From: Syntrophales bacterium
GTDB lineage: Bacteria > Desulfobacterota > Syntrophia > Syntrophales > UBA4778
DNA length: 64,000 nucleotides
Direction: 5' to 3'
Assembly (NCBI GenBank): GCA_963665615.2
Contig: CAXXQE010000006.1
Span: 649,165 to 713,164, forward strand
How positions within the stretch are numbered: position 1 is the stretch's first letter; every line of letters starts with the position of its first letter. Under the pieces are notes generated by a model. It had not been told where the DNA came from. It did not search any database and saw nothing but the letters and a program-made list of their open reading frames with translations. Positions 23,822 through 34,879 of this stretch are shown one piece after another. Position numbers and translations under genes: made by a program.

Positions 23822-26800
23822 CTATTCTTTCTCTACCAATTCAACGTCAAGTCCCAGACTCTGGAGTTCTTTAACGAGAACGTTAAACGATTCCGGAAGG
23901 CCCGGCTCGAGTGTGTGCTCGCCCTTGACGATTGCCTCGTAGATGCGCGTGCGACCCGCCACGTCATCCGACTTGACTGTGAGAAATTCCTGCAGCGAAT
24001 AGGCGGCGCCGTAAGCCTCCATCGCCCAGACTTCCATCTCTCCGAGTCTCTGACCGCCGAACTGCGCCTTTCCACCGAGCGGCTGCTGGGTGACGAGTGA
24101 ATAGGGACCGATCGACCGGGCATGGATCTTATTGTCAACCAGGTGATGGAGTTTCAGCATATAGATCATGCCGACGGTAATTTCGCGATCGAAAGGCTCG
24201 CCCGTTCGTCCGTCAAAGAGCAGCGATTGACCGGTCTGGGGCAGATCCGCTATTTTCAACATGTCCCTGATTTCGGGTTCATGCGCACCATCGAAAACGG
24301 GAGTCGCAAGCGGAATGCCGAATTTAAGGCGTTTGAGCAGGCGCTTGATATCCTCATCCGACGCCGTGTCCAGATATCCCTCAAAATCTTTCGAGGCATA
24401 GATCTTCTTTAACTCCTTCTTTATAGCATCCATGCTGCTGCGGCTTTCATAGATCGCGCCGATCTTCTGCCCCAGCCCCTTGGCCGCCCAGCCCAGGTGG
24501 GTTTCCAGGATCTGACCGACGTTCATGCGGGAGGGAACGCCCAGGGGGTTCAGGATGATATCGACCGGTGTGCCGTCCTTAAAGAAAGGCATGTCTTCTT
24601 CCGGCAGGATTCTGGACAGCACGCCCTTGTTTCCATGACGCCCCGCCATCTTGTCACCGACCGAGAGTTTCCGTTTGATAGCAATATAGACCTTGACCAG
24701 CTTGATCACGCCGGGGGGCAACTCGTCGCCCGCCTTCATCCGTTCAATCTTCTCGGCAAAATAGGACTCGATGAGATTGATCTTCTTTTCAAGGTTGATG
24801 AAGATCGTCTTGATCGTGTCTTCTTTCGCCTCGTTATTCTCGAGGGAAATACTGTCCCAAGTATTGAAGGGAAGCTGCTCCAGGGCCTCGTGCGTAATCG
24901 GTTCCCCCTTCTTCAGAACGAGTTTCTTTTTCTTCGGATCCGTCACCTTAGAGGCCGAAAGCTCCCCAATGAGCAGATCGGCAATCTTCTTCTGCACGCT
25001 CTCGCGAATGATACGGATTTCGTCGTCCTTGTCCTTGAGCAGCGCCTCGATCTCTTCACTTTCGATAACCTGCGAACGGCGGTCTTTCTCCGCGCCCTTG
25101 CGGGTGAATATCTTGGCATCAATGATGACGCCCTCGACCCCCGGTGGTACGCGCAGCGAGGTATCTCGAACATCGCCGGCTTTTTCGCCGAAAATGGCCC
25201 GCAGGAGTTTTTCTTCCGGAGACAACTGCGTCTCACCCTTCGGCGTAATCTTGCCGACCAGGATATCGCCCGGCTTGACGGCAACGCCCATGCGGACGAT
25301 ACCGCTTTCATCGAGATTCTTCAGGGCTTCGTCGCCGACGTTGGGGATATCCCGAGTGATCTCCTCCTTACCCAACTTGGTGTCCCGCGCCATCGTCTCA
25401 AACTCTTCGATGTGCACCGAGGTATAGATATCGTCTTTGACAACGCGCTCACTGACGAGAATGGAATCTTCATAGTTGAAACCGCCCCAAGACATAAAGG
25501 CAACCATCACGTTTCGACCCAACGCCAACTCGCCGTTATCCGTCGCCGGACCGTCCGCGATAACCTGTCCCTTGTAGACCCGGTCTCCGGCCATTACGAT
25601 CGGCTTGTGGTTGAAGCAGGTATCCTGGTTGGACCGCTGATACTTGGTCAGGCTGTAGATATCCACGCCCGTATCGAACCCGTCCCCCTTGATGCCGCTG
25701 TCGCACTTGACGATGATTCGCGCCGCATCGACATTTTCAACGACACCGGGGCGCTTGGCGACGATCACCGCTCCGGAGTCGCGCGCCACCACGGCCTCCA
25801 TGCCGGTACCAACCAGCGGCGCCTCCGGTCTCAGCAGCGGAACAGCCTGACGCTGCATGTTGGACCCCATGAGAGCGCGGTTAGCGTCGTCGTGCTCAAG
25901 AAAGGGGATCAGCCCCGCGGCCACACTGACGAGCTGGTTCGGCGAAACGTCCATCAGATCGACCTCAGTCGGAACAACCGCGACGAAGTCGCCTCCCTTG
26001 CGCGACGAGACCAGCGCTTCCGTGAACTTGCCCTTGGGATCGATCGGCGCATTGGCCTGCGCGATGATATACTTTTCTTCTTCAATGGCCGTCAAATAAC
26101 GGATCTCGTTGGTCACCCGGCCGTTTTCGACTACCCGGTACGGTGTTTCGATGAAACCGAACTCGTTGACCCGGGCATAGGTGCTGAGCGAAACAATCAG
26201 ACCGATATTCGGCCCTTCCGGCGTTTCAACCGGACAGATGCGTCCATAGTGCGTCGGATGAACGTCTCGGACTTCAAAACCCGCGCGTTCGCGCGTCAAA
26301 CCGCCGGGCCCCAGTGCCGATAGACGCCTCTTGTGTGTCACTTCGGACAGCGGGTTGGTCTGATCCATGAACTGCGACAACTGGCTAGAACCGAAGAATT
26401 CGTTGACGACGGCCGAGACGGGCTTCGCGTTGACCAGGTCGTGCGGCATCATCGTTTCGACATCCTGGATGTTCATCTTTTCCTTGATCGCCCGTTCCAT
26501 GCGGACCAATCCAACACGATACTGGTTTTCGATCAGTTCACCAACCGATCGGACACGACGGTTGCCGAGATGGTCGATATCGTCAATGCTGCAATCCGGC
26601 GCGCCGTTTTTCAGATCGATCAGGTACTTGACCGCCGCCAGGACATCCTCATTGCGCAAAATCGTCACACTGGTGTCTACATCCAAGCGCAGCTTGTAAT
26701 TCATCTTGACGCGACCCACATCAGACAGGTCGTAACTCTCGGCATCGAAAAAGAGGCTTTCGAAAAAGCGACGGGCCGTTTCCGGCGTCGGCGGATTGCT

Positions 26801-27916
26801 CGGTCGCAATCTCCGGTAAATTTCCATCACCGCTTCGTCTTCGCTCTGAACGCCGTCAATCGGGAGGGTCTCCCGGATAGAGTTATTGGCCCCATCCTCC
26901 TCGATATGGATAAATCGGAGCTCCTTAATGTCCTTCTGACGAAGCGTTTCGAACGCCTCTAGAGACAGCTCCGTGTTGCACCGGTACAGTACTTCACCGG
27001 TCTGCGGATCGGTAACATCTTTGGCCAGGATCTTGCCGGAAACGTAATCTGCATCGACGTGAATGCGAGCGATTTTACACTCGGCCATCCGCTTGAGCGC
27101 TGCCTTTGTGATCTTGCGCCCCTTCTTCACCAGCAGTTCGCCGGAGGACGGGTCTTTAATGTCCTCGGGCGCTTTTTCGCCGTTGAGAGCGTTGTTGGCA
27201 GCAACGTAAATCTTGTCTCCCTCCAGCGTAACCTCCTCCAGATCGTAGAAATACCGGAGCAGTTGCTCGGGGGAATTGCCCATAGCCTTGAGCAGGATGG
27301 TGACCGGCATTTTTCGGCGGCGGTCGATGCGGGCATAGATGAGATCCTTTGGATCAAATTCCAGGTCTAACCAGGATCCCCGGATCGGGATGATGCGCGC
27401 CGAATAGATCAGGCGACCACCGGCATGTGTCTTGCCTTTGTCATGGTCAAAGAAGATTCCAGGCGACCGGTGCAACTGGCTGACGATCACGCGCTCGGTG
27501 CCGTTGACGACAAAGGTTCCGCTTTCCGTCATGAGGGGAATTTCGCCGAAATAGATTTCCTGTTCCTTGATGTCCCGTATCGCCTTCGGCTCGCTGCCAC
27601 GTTCGGTGTCGAATACCACTAAACGGACGACGATCTTCAGCGGGGCGGCGAAGGTTAGCCCCTTCTGGATACATTCCTTGACATCATACTTAACCTCTCC
27701 GATCTTGTAGCTGACGAACTCCAGCGAACACTTGCCGCTGAAGTCCTTGATCGGGAAAACCGTTTGAAAGGCACCCTGCAGACCGATATTCACCCGCTGA
27801 TCGGGCGGGACGTCCATCTGCAGGAACTTTTCGTAGGAATGACTCTGGATCTCTATAAGATTCGGTATATCGACGATTTTTTTGATGCGCCCAAAATCTT
27901 TTCTGAATTCTACCAT
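23822..27916 (-). CDS. rpoB: RNA polymerase beta subunit (start moved to MVEFRK, GAGGT RBS)
   Basis: [45 protein letters not shown]. Confidence 0.99.
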   Translation of the reverse strand: MVEFRKDFGRIKKIVDIPNLIEIQSHSYEKFLQMDVPPDQRVNIGLQGAFQTVFPIKDFSGKCSLEFVSYKIGEVKYDVKECIQKGLTFAAPLKIVVRLVVFDTERGSEPKAIRDIKEQEIYFGEIPLMTESGTFVVNGTERVIVSQLHRSPGIFFDHDKGKTHAGGRLIYSARIIPIRGSWLDLEFDPKDLIYARIDRRRKMPVTILLKAMGNSPEQLLRYFYDLEEVTLEGDKIYVAANNALNGEKAPEDIKDPSSGELLVKKGRKITKAALKRMAECKIARIHVDADYVSGKILAKDVTDPQTGEVLYRCNTELSLEAFETLRQKDIKELRFIHIEEDGANNSIRETLPIDGVQSEDEAVMEIYRRLRPSNPPTPETARRFFESLFFDAESYDLSDVGRVKMNYKLRLDVDTSVTILRNEDVLAAVKYLIDLKNGAPDCSIDDIDHLGNRRVRSVGELIENQYRVGLVRMERAIKEKMNIQDVETMMPHDLVNAKPVSAVVNEFFGSSQLSQFMDQTNPLSEVTHKRRLSALGPGGLTRERAGFEVRDVHPTHYGRICPVETPEGPNIGLIVSLSTYARVNEFGFIETPYRVVENGRVTNEIRYLTAIEEEKYIIAQANAPIDPKGKFTEALVSSRKGGDFVAVVPTEVDLMDVSPNQLVSVAAGLIPFLEHDDANRALMGSNMQRQAVPLLRPEAPLVGTGMEAVVARDSGAVIVAKRPGVVENVDAARIIVKCDSGIKGDGFDTGVDIYSLTKYQRSNQDTCFNHKPIVMAGDRVYKGQVIADGPATDNGELALGRNVMVAFMSWGGFNYEDSILVSERVVKDDIYTSVHIEEFETMARDTKLGKEEITRDIPNVGDEALKNLDESGIVRMGVAVKPGDILVGKITPKGETQLSPEEKLLRAIFGEKAGDVRDTSLRVPPGVEGVIIDAKIFTRKGAEKDRRSQVIESEEIEALLKDKDDEIRIIRESVQKKIADLLIGELSASKVTDPKKKKLVLKKGEPITHEALEQLPFNTWDSISLENNEAKEDTIKTIFINLEKKINLIESYFAEKIERMKAGDELPPGVIKLVKVYIAIKRKLSVGDKMAGRHGNKGVLSRILPEEDMPFFKDGTPVDIILNPLGVPSRMNVGQILETHLGWAAKGLGQKIGAIYESRSSMDAIKKELKKIYASKDFEGYLDTASDEDIKRLLKRLKFGIPLATPVFDGAHEPEIRDMLKIADLPQTGQSLLFDGRTGEPFDREITVGMIYMLKLHHLVDNKIHARSIGPYSLVTQQPLGGKAQFGGQRLGEMEVWAMEAYGAAYSLQEFLTVKSDDVAGRTRIYEAIVKGEHTLEPGLPESFNVLVKELQSLGLDVELVEKE

Positions 27917-28064
27917 GATTACCTCAAATGAGTTATACGCTGATGTATGACACTCACTTATAAACGGACAAAGGCCGAGGAGCAAAAGCAAGAGGTCCCG
28001 TAGAACCCGTTGCCTTTGTTCTCAGCCGCTTACCGCAATACGCTATATGAATGATGTTTAATAG

Positions 28065-28454
28065 TTATTTAACCTCGACGGTTGCTCCGACTTCTTCCAG
28101 CTTCTTCTTCATGTCTTCCGCTTCAGCCTTGGACGCCCCCTCTTTTACGGGTTTCGGAACACCTTCGACAAGTTCTTTCGCTTCTTTGAGGCCGAGCCCC
28201 GTCAGAGCACGAACGACCTTAATGACCTGAATCTTCTCCGCACCGAATCCGGTCAGGATGACGTCAAACTCCGTCTTTTCCTCTTCCGGCGCCGCAGCCG
28301 CGGCCGGACCGGCAACACCTGCCGCCATCATAGCAACCGGAGCTGCAGCCGACACGCCGAACTTCGTTTCCAGTTCTTTGACCAATTCCGACAACTCCAG
28401 AACGGTCATGGACTCGATAAAGCTGATTACATCTTCTTTCGTAATTTGTGCCAT
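28065..28454 (-). CDS. rplL: 50S ribosomal protein L7/L12
   Basis: [29 protein letters not shown]. Confidence 0.99.
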   Translation of the reverse strand: MAQITKEDVISFIESMTVLELSELVKELETKFGVSAAAPVAMMAAGVAGPAAAAAPEEEKTEFDVILTGFGAEKIQVIKVVRALTGLGLKEAKELVEGVPKPVKEGASKAEAEDMKKKLEEVGATVEVK

Positions 28455-28528
28455 TTTTCTTTCCTTCCTGTCATTTCATTAAAATTGCGCATTAAGCGAC
28501 ACAGGCCTCCCAGCCTGTTGCCGCCGTG

Positions 28529-29050
28529 TTATTGTTGTTCGAGCTTCGTCTTATAGGCGTTGAGCACCTGAACAAAGCTGCGGGGAACACCACTGAGGAC
28601 ATTGACCAGACCGGTCTGGGCGCTAACCAGCACAGACAGAAGCTGGCCAATAAGAACCTCTTTGCTGGGCAGCTCGGCCAGCGCATCGATCTGCGCCTTG
28701 GCAAGATACCTTCCCTGAAGAAACCCGAACACGATTTCCAGTTCGGCGTTCTTCTTGGCAAACTCGACAAGAACCTTGCTCGGTGCCACCACATCGCCCG
28801 AATTGATGGCGATGGCGAGGGGACCTTTGAGATGTTCTTGCATGCCGCTGTACGGGGTATCTTGCGATGCGATCCGAAGCAGGGTGTTCTTCACCACTTT
28901 GAACTCCGTTCCGGATTTCCTCAAATCGTTTCTGAGCGCGGTAATTTTGGCCACACTCATGCCGCTGTAATTGGTCAGAACGGCCAATTTAGCGTCTTTG
29001 AGTTTTCCGTGGAGTTCGGCAACGACTTCTTTCTTTGTATCCCGATTCAA
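28529..29050 (-). CDS. rplJ: 50S ribosomal protein L10 (TTG start)
   Basis: VVKNTL, LA.LPSKE.L; between rplA and rplL. Confidence 0.97.
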   Translation of the reverse strand: MNRDTKKEVVAELHGKLKDAKLAVLTNYSGMSVAKITALRNDLRKSGTEFKVVKNTLLRIASQDTPYSGMQEHLKGPLAIAINSGDVVAPSKVLVEFAKKNAELEIVFGFLQGRYLAKAQIDALAELPSKEVLIGQLLSVLVSAQTGLVNVLSGVPRSFVQVLNAYKTKLEQQ

Positions 29051-29079
29051 CCTCTAACCTCCTTTCATCTGAAGTACAA

Positions 29080-29186
29080 ACAATGAAAGTCAGCGCATAC
29101 AGAAAGAAATGACTTGATTTTCTGTACCGTCTCGGCAGGCCGATTGTGATCGTTTAAACTGACCCCGTACCTGCTGTCTCTGACTC
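29080..29186 (-). promoter_or_regulatory. L10 leader (autoregulatory cis-RNA), approximate bounds
   Basis: Minus strand GAGACAGCAGG...TTTAAA...CCTGCCGAGAC upstream of rplJ resembles the L10_leader consensus. Confidence 0.6.
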
Positions 29187-29192
29187 GTTTGT

Positions 29193-29897
29193 TTACTTTA
29201 CAGTGTTTCTGATATCGATGGTATCAACCTTGACCCCGGGGCCCATCGTCGTCGAAAGGGAGATGGTCTTCAAATACGTCCCCTTGCTGGTGGCCGGTTT
29301 CAGTTTGATGATGGTTTCTATCAGCGCCATGAGATTCTCTTGCAGCTTTTCCGCGCCGAAGGAGGCCTTTCCGATCGGGCTGTGAACAATCCCGGCTTTC
29401 TCAACCCTGAATTCGACACGACCGGCTTTGAGTTCAGTGACCGCCTTGCCGACTTCAAAAGTGACCGTGCCCACCTTGGGGTTCGGCATCAGACCGCGCG
29501 GCCCCAGCACCTTTCCCAGCTTTCCGACAGTGCCCATCATATCGGGGGTCGCAATCACACGATCGAAATCAAGCCAACCCTCTTTGATTTTTTCAACGAG
29601 CTCATCGGCCCCGGCATAATCGGCGCCAGCGTCAAGGGCCTCTTTTTCCTTCTCGCCCTTGGCAAAAACGAGTACCTTGATTGTTTTTCCAAGGCCGTTG
29701 GGAAGCGCGACACTTCCACGAACCATCTGATCTGCATGCTTGGGATTGACCCCCAGACGGATGGCCGCATCGACCGTTTCGTCGAATTTCGCTCTGGCCG
29801 TTGCCACGACCAGATCAAGGGCGTCTTTGATCGGATAACGCTTGCCCTCTTCGATCTTGCTCTTTAACGCTATGTAGCTTTTACCGCTTCTTGACAT
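29193..29897 (-). CDS. rplA: 50S ribosomal protein L1
   Basis: [29 protein letters not shown]. Confidence 0.99.
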   Translation of the reverse strand: MSRSGKSYIALKSKIEEGKRYPIKDALDLVVATARAKFDETVDAAIRLGVNPKHADQMVRGSVALPNGLGKTIKVLVFAKGEKEKEALDAGADYAGADELVEKIKEGWLDFDRVIATPDMMGTVGKLGKVLGPRGLMPNPKVGTVTFEVGKAVTELKAGRVEFRVEKAGIVHSPIGKASFGAEKLQENLMALIETIIKLKPATSKGTYLKTISLSTTMGPGVKVDTIDIRNTVK

Positions 29898-29915
29898 GAG
29901 TAAACCCCTACGTTA

Positions 29916-30341
29916 CTAGCCTTGAATTTCAATGCCCATCGACCGCGCAGTGCCCTCAATGATCCGGATTGCGCCGGTCAAATCCACGGCGTTGAGATCA
30001 TTGAACTTCAGTTCGGCAATTTCCTGAACCTGTTTGGCGGTTACCGTTCCGACCTTCTCCCTCAGTGGGCTTCCCGAGCCCTTGGCAATCTTTGCCGCCT
30101 GTTTAAGCAGAACGGATGCCGGGGGTGTCTTGGTAATGAAGGTGAAGGACCGGTCCGCATAAACCGTAATCACAACGGGAATGACCATGCCTTCCTGTCC
30201 CTGAGTCATGGCATTGTATGCCTTGCAAAACTCCATGATATTGACACCGTGCTGTCCCAATGCCGGACCGATCGGAGGAGATGGCGTCGCTTTGCCTGCA
30301 TTGATCTGAAGCTTGATACTCGCAATAACTTTCTTTGCCAT
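29916..30341 (-). CDS. rplK: 50S ribosomal protein L11
   Basis: [25 protein letters not shown]. Confidence 0.99.
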   Translation of the reverse strand: MAKKVIASIKLQINAGKATPSPPIGPALGQHGVNIMEFCKAYNAMTQGQEGMVIPVVITVYADRSFTFITKTPPASVLLKQAAKIAKGSGSPLREKVGTVTAKQVQEIAELKFNDLNAVDLTGAIRIIEGTARSMGIEIQG

Positions 30342-30383
30342 TATGATTACCCTCTAATGATTAATACGTGGCGGCACCCGCTA

Positions 30384-30914
30384 TCAGCTGTGCACCACCT
30401 GAATAAAATCCAGCTCCACGGGCGTCGAGCGTCCGAAGATGCTGACGATGACACGCAGTTTACCCTTCTCGGGTTTCACCTCATCGACAATCCCGTCAAA
30501 ATTCGTAAACGGACCATCAATGATCCGGACGTGATCGCCATTCTCATATTTGAACTTCGGCTTCGGCTTGAGCGTTCCCTCGTCGATCCGCGTCCGGAGA
30601 TTGGCCACCTCGTGATCCGGAATCGGCGACGGCTTGTCCTTGCTGCCGATAAAACCGGTTACCTTAGGCGTATCCTTGACAATATGCCAGGTTTCATCAT
30701 CCATCTCCATTCTAACGAGAATGTAGCCCGGGAAAAATTTCCTTTTGGAGGTCTTCTTTTCCCCTTTGACCAGTTCGACAATATCCTCTTCCGGGATCAA
30801 GATGTCGGAGAATTTCTCCTTCATTCCGGAGGTTTCAATGCGCTCATGGAGCGAACGTTTCACCCTGTTCTCGAAACCGGAATACGTATGAACGATGTAC
30901 CACTTAAAGGCCAT
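30384..30914 (-). CDS. nusG: Transcription elongation factor NusG (start moved to MAFKWY)
   Basis: [27 protein letters not shown] motif [16 protein letters not shown]. Confidence 0.98.
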   Translation of the reverse strand: MAFKWYIVHTYSGFENRVKRSLHERIETSGMKEKFSDILIPEEDIVELVKGEKKTSKRKFFPGYILVRMEMDDETWHIVKDTPKVTGFIGSKDKPSPIPDHEVANLRTRIDEGTLKPKPKFKYENGDHVRIIDGPFTNFDGIVDEVKPEKGKLRVIVSIFGRSTPVELDFIQVVHS

Positions 30915-30919
30915 ATGCG

Positions 30920-31123
30920 TTAACCCAGAACCAGCTTGATGACACTGTTTAGCCCGACGTCCACGATGCCGAGATACAAAGAGACGACAACCACAACCAC
31001 GAGCACAACAGCCGTCGAACCAACCGTTGTCTTCCACGACGGCCAGGTAACCTTACGCAGCTCTCCCCTGACCTCTCTCAAGAATTGAGCTGCCTTTGCG
31101 CTGTACAACTTTATTCGATCCAT
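30920..31123 (-). CDS. secE: Preprotein translocase SecE (start 31123 or 31129)
   Basis: FLREV..ELRKVTWPS plus one TM helix. Confidence 0.95.
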   Translation of the reverse strand: MDRIKLYSAKAAQFLREVRGELRKVTWPSWKTTVGSTAVVLVVVVVVSLYLGIVDVGLNSVIKLVLG

Positions 31124-31157
31124 AGACATGCTCCAAGCAAGCATCCTTCTCAAAAAA

Positions 31158-31234
31158 TGGCAGGCCAGGAGGGATTCGAACCCCCAGCATCCGGATTTGG
31201 AGTCCGGCGCTCTATCCGTTAGAGCTACTGGCCT
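31158..31234 (-). tRNA. tRNA-Trp(CCA)
   Basis: AGGCCAGTAGCTC...CCGGA-CTCCAAA-TCCGG...GTTCGAATC...TGGCCTGCCA; upstream of secE. Confidence 0.97.
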
Positions 31235-31271
31235 GTTGTCCCTTGAAACGGTGCAAGCGCCTTTCCACCGC

Positions 31272-31421
31272 CTACTTTGTTTCCCGGTGCGGCGTGTGTT
31301 TATGACAGAACCGGCAGTATTTCTTCAGTTCAAGTCGATCCTGCATGGTTTTCTTGTTCTTTGTCGTCGAATAGTTCCGTTGCTTACACTCTGTACATGC
31401 CAATGTAATGATGTTTCTCAT
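31272..31421 (-). CDS. rpmG: 50S ribosomal protein L33 (49 aa; not in ORF track)
   Basis: [49 protein letters not shown]. Confidence 0.97.
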   Translation of the reverse strand: MRNIITLACTECKQRNYSTTKNKKTMQDRLELKKYCRFCHKHTPHRETK

Positions 31422-31446
31422 CTCGGTTAACCTACTTTCGCTGAAA

Positions 31447-31522
31447 TGGAGCCCACGACCAGGATTGAACTGGTGACCTCATCCTTACCAAGGATGTGCT
31501 CTACCGACTGAGCTACGTGGGC
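31447..31522 (-). tRNA. tRNA-Thr(GGT)
   Basis: GCCCACGTAGCTCAG...ATCC-TTGGTAA-GGAT...GTTCAATC...GTGGGCTCCA. Confidence 0.97.
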
Positions 31523-31649
31523 CTATTCCCCTAAATTCCGGCGCCTGCAAAAGCACCACCCTTAGCGGCGCGCTCACTCCCTATTCTGTTGGTCGCCAGC
31601 TTTGTATCGAGCACGGATCTTGTCCGAACCGCTGCCGATCTGAAATAAC

Positions 31650-31725
31650 TGGAGCGGGAAACGGGATTCGAACCCGCGACCCTCAGCTTGGAAGGCTGAC
31701 GCTCTAGCCCCTGAGCTACTCCCGC
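31650..31725 (-). tRNA. tRNA-Gly(TCC)
   Basis: GCGGGAGTAGCTCAG...TCAGC-CTTCCAA-GCTGA...GTTCGAATC...CCCGCTCCA. Confidence 0.97.
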
Positions 31726-31830
31726 TCAAATCCAACCTTTCGCTGTTCGCGTCCAGCCTTTAGCCCGATTGAATTTCAAAGTCAAAACGAACCGCTAACT
31801 ACTGGCAGCCGAAAGCTCTCTATTTATTAA

Positions 31831-31915
<85 letters not shown>

Positions 31916-31933
31916 TGCATACGTGAGACTATC

Positions 31934-32009
31934 TGGAGCTGGCGATGGGACTCGAACCCGCAACCTGCTGATTACAAATCAGCTGCTCTACCGATTGAGC
32001 TACGCCAGC
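31934..32009 (-). tRNA. tRNA-Thr(TGT)
   Basis: GCTGGCGTAGCTCAA...GCTGA-TTTGTAA-TCAGC...GTTCGAGT...GCCAGCTCCA. Confidence 0.97.
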
Positions 32010-32089
32010 CTTTCAATCCCTATCGCCTGAAATCAAACGAGATTATCAGGTCTTCCAACCAATAAATAAGTGTGGAAACAGAAATAGGG

Positions 32090-32118
32090 AATCTATTTTT
32101 ATTATTCAATTTTGTCAA
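32090..32118 (-). promoter_or_regulatory. Sigma70-type promoter of the tRNA-rpmG-secE cluster
   Basis: Minus strand TTGACA-N17-TAGATT in AT-rich DNA about 80 bp upstream of tRNA-Thr. Confidence 0.7.
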
Positions 32119-32200
32119 GATCTTTTTTGGATAATAATTTGCATCCCCTTGGGTCGGAGACCCGGATCAGGAACCATTGGCGCGACGACCTTTGCAATTG

Positions 32201-32767
32201 TCACGAACTGAAAATGTCCGCTGTAAAAATGAAGATTTTTGTGCCCTGGGTTCTCCAGGCGTTAGATGGCAAGCCTGCCTTATGGCACGTTGCCTCGAGA
32301 AAGGTTTCCCGGTCCCATTTATGTTCAACGGCGACTTGAGGAAGCAAAAGCCCCCGGTAATAACCATTCACAATGTACAGACCGTGAACGCCGACCTCAA
32401 TTTCATCTTCGTGCCGAACCTCCTGCAGGGGAGAAAGTACCGAAACCTCAATATCCAGACCGCTGAGTTCATCCGAGTCGAGCGGCGGGAATCGAGGATC
32501 ATCAAAAGCCGCAGCACAGGCCATCTCATGAACCGTCATGCTAAGCGGCTGATTGGACTCGATGCAACCGATACATCCCCGCAGATGACCGTTTTTGTGA
32601 AGACTCACAAAAACACCCCGCTTCGCCGTCAGTGAACCGGTGTCACACTGGGGGGGGTAGATGGGTAACATTCTCAACCGCATCTCTATCCCTGTTCTGG
32701 CGATCTCTAGGAGGCGGGTTCTCTCTTCCTGGGTCAGGTATCGATCCCTGCGAACCTCTTCTGCCAT
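32201..32767 (-). CDS. amrA: AmmeMemoRadiSam system protein A (AMMECR1 family)
   Basis: GVFVSL, LRGCIG, AAF.DPRF, EVSVLSP, GLLLPQVA. Confidence 0.93.
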   Translation of the reverse strand: MAEEVRRDRYLTQEERTRLLEIARTGIEMRLRMLPIYPPQCDTGSLTAKRGVFVSLHKNGHLRGCIGCIESNQPLSMTVHEMACAAAFDDPRFPPLDSDELSGLDIEVSVLSPLQEVRHEDEIEVGVHGLYIVNGYYRGLLLPQVAVEHKWDRETFLEATCHKAGLPSNAWRTQGTKIFIFTADIFSS

Positions 32768-32769
32768 AA

Positions 32770-33609
32770 TTATTGCTCCTTCCCGGTAAAACAGGCCGCG
32801 GCCGCATAGCCGACAACGCCACTTTTATCTCCCGTGACATCTCCTGAGTTCAAATACTTGAGAACGACGGTCTCCCTGGCCCCCAAATGACACGCCACCA
32901 TCAGCGCCACGGTCATAGGACCCGCGCCGCAGGCCTCAGCCTCGCCCTGCTGCACGGCCTGCAGTAGACCCTCGGAATCGCCTCTCTCAACGTATTTCAA
33001 TATCGCCGAATCCATCCTGACGGCCTCTCCATAGGGATGGTAATGGGACAAATCAGAACTGGCCACCAACAGAACTTGCTTCCCTGTCGAGGCCTGAACA
33101 ATGGCATGGACCAGAGCCTCGCAGGTACTGCGATCCTGCTGCCCCATGAGAATCGGAACGATTTGTAATCCTTCCAAGGAGATCTGCAAAAAAGGCAATT
33201 GGATCTCTATTGCGTGTTCCCTGTCATGGCAATCGGATGGTGAGACCTCACACCGACTCTTCTCCCGAATCCGATCCGTTAGAAGCGTATCAACGGTAAC
33301 AAGACCCAATGGGGTTTCATAGGCTTCGCCATCATAAAAGGAGATCCCTCGAAAGGCAGCACGATGACTCGGCGCCACGACAATAACGGCATCATAATGT
33401 CGGTTCCGAACAACCTGATAGGCATAAGCGGCAACCTGACCGGAGTACATATAACCGGCGTGGGGGGAGATCAAAGAAACAATGGTTCCAGAGATATCCC
33501 GGCAAGAGACATTTCGCATGAACCCTTCGATCGTGTCACGCAAGACCTTCCTGTCTCCCGGATACCATGTCCCTGCAAGGATAGATTTCCTGATTCGCCT
33601 TTCGAACAA
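32770..33609 (-). CDS. amrB: AmmeMemoRadiSam system protein B (MEMO1 family)
   Basis: AG.WYP, PHAGY.YSG, EH.IE.QLPFLQ, SSDLSHY, CG.GP, VVGY. Confidence 0.93.
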   Translation of the reverse strand: MFERRIRKSILAGTWYPGDRKVLRDTIEGFMRNVSCRDISGTIVSLISPHAGYMYSGQVAAYAYQVVRNRHYDAVIVVAPSHRAAFRGISFYDGEAYETPLGLVTVDTLLTDRIREKSRCEVSPSDCHDREHAIEIQLPFLQISLEGLQIVPILMGQQDRSTCEALVHAIVQASTGKQVLLVASSDLSHYHPYGEAVRMDSAILKYVERGDSEGLLQAVQQGEAEACGAGPMTVALMVACHLGARETVVLKYLNSGDVTGDKSGVVGYAAAACFTGKEQ

Positions 33610-33672
33610 GCCGACTACCTCCCGGACGGTCTAACAGGGGGAGAATGAGGAACATCATAAAACTATTCAAAA

Positions 33673-33783
33673 ATTTTAATCTTAGCACTGCCTTCTTGTC
33701 AAGCATAAAAACGACGCACCTGACCGATAGAGATGCTCAAAATGAAAAAACGGTTGACTATCAAAAAAGAGATAGGCTATCAT
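33673..33783. promoter_or_regulatory. Back-to-back sigma70-like promoters for amrBA (minus) and gap-tpiA-secG (plus)
   Basis: Minus strand TTGACA(33702-33697)-N18-TAAAAT; plus strand TTGACT(33754)-N18-TATCAT. Confidence 0.5.
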
Positions 33784-33868
33784 TCCGCGTTTTTGAAGGA
33801 AGACTTCAATATCTTAAAGAAAGATCTTCGAGACCCCAAATAACTAATAAAATATTTAGGAGTTGAGC

Positions 33869-34879
33869 ATGAGTGTCAGGGTTGCCATCAATGGGTTCGG
33901 AAGGGTCGGCCGCTATCTTATCCGGGCGGCATACACCAGTGAGGTGGATATCGTCGCTGTCAATTCGCGCGCCAAGGTCAGTATCCTGGCCCACATCCTG
34001 AAATACGATTCCGTTCATGGAAAGGCGAAGATGGACATCGCCACCGACGGCCAGAACCTCATCGTAGGCGGCAAGAAGATCGTGGTGACCAACACAACCG
34101 GCAATCTCTCAGATCTCCCTTGGAAAGAGATGGGGGTCGATGTTGTCATTGAGTCGACCGGCAAGTTCAGAAAGAAGGACGAGGTCGCCGGACATCTGGC
34201 CGCAGGCGCCAAGAAAGTTATCATTGCCGCACCCGGAAAGGGAGTCGATGGCACCTTCTGCATGGGTGTCAATGAAGACCAATACGACCCGGAAAAACAC
34301 CACATCATCTCCAACGCCTCCTGTACGACAAACTGTCTGGCCCCGGTTGCGAAGGTGCTGCACGAGCAATTCGTAATCAAACGAGGCCTCATGACGACCG
34401 TTCACTCCTATACCATGGACCAGCGACTCCTCGACGGCTCGCATAAGGATCTACGCCGAGCAAGGGCGGCCGCCCTGTCGATTGTTCCCACCTCGACCGG
34501 TGCGGCATCGGCGGTTGCCGAAGTCATCCCCGCGCTCAAGGGCAAGCTCGACGGTCTGGCGCTGCGGGTACCGACACCGAACGTTTCCATGGTCGATTTT
34601 GTAGCCGAACTTGAACGCACCGTGACCGCGGAAGAAGTTAACGGCGCGCTCAAGGTGGCGGCAGATGGGCCCTTGAAGGGCATCATGGCCTACAGCGAGG
34701 AAGAACTGGTCTCCATCGATTTTACGAGCAGCCCCTACTCCGCGATCGTGGATGCCCCTCTGACCAAGGTCATTGACAACAACATGGTCAAGATCTTTGC
34801 CTGGTACGACAACGAGAGCGGCTACTCCTGCCGCCTCAGAGATCTGGCCCTTTACATCGGCAAAAGGATTTCTCATTGA
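33869..34879 (+). CDS. gap: Type I glyceraldehyde-3-phosphate dehydrogenase
   Basis: AINGFGRVGR, SNASCTTNCLAP, WYDNE.GY. Confidence 0.98.
   Translation: MSVRVAINGFGRVGRYLIRAAYTSEVDIVAVNSRAKVSILAHILKYDSVHGKAKMDIATDGQNLIVGGKKIVVTNTTGNLSDLPWKEMGVDVVIESTGKFRKKDEVAGHLAAGAKKVIIAAPGKGVDGTFCMGVNEDQYDPEKHHIISNASCTTNCLAPVAKVLHEQFVIKRGLMTTVHSYTMDQRLLDGSHKDLRRARAAALSIVPTSTGAASAVAEVIPALKGKLDGLALRVPTPNVSMVDFVAELERTVTAEEVNGALKVAADGPLKGIMAYSEEELVSIDFTSSPYSAIVDAPLTKVIDNNMVKIFAWYDNESGYSCRLRDLALYIGKRISH

Noticed and set aside
26300..26410. RpoB rifampicin-resistance region
   Set aside because: Reads as the usual [25 protein letters not shown]; no resistance substitution seen.
2250..31430. Many long plus-strand ORFs (e.g. 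5503-6537, 16981-17943, 24497-26323, 29922-30923)
   Set aside because: They are antisense to well-conserved ribosomal and RNA polymerase genes, have no motifs, and are typical shadow frames.
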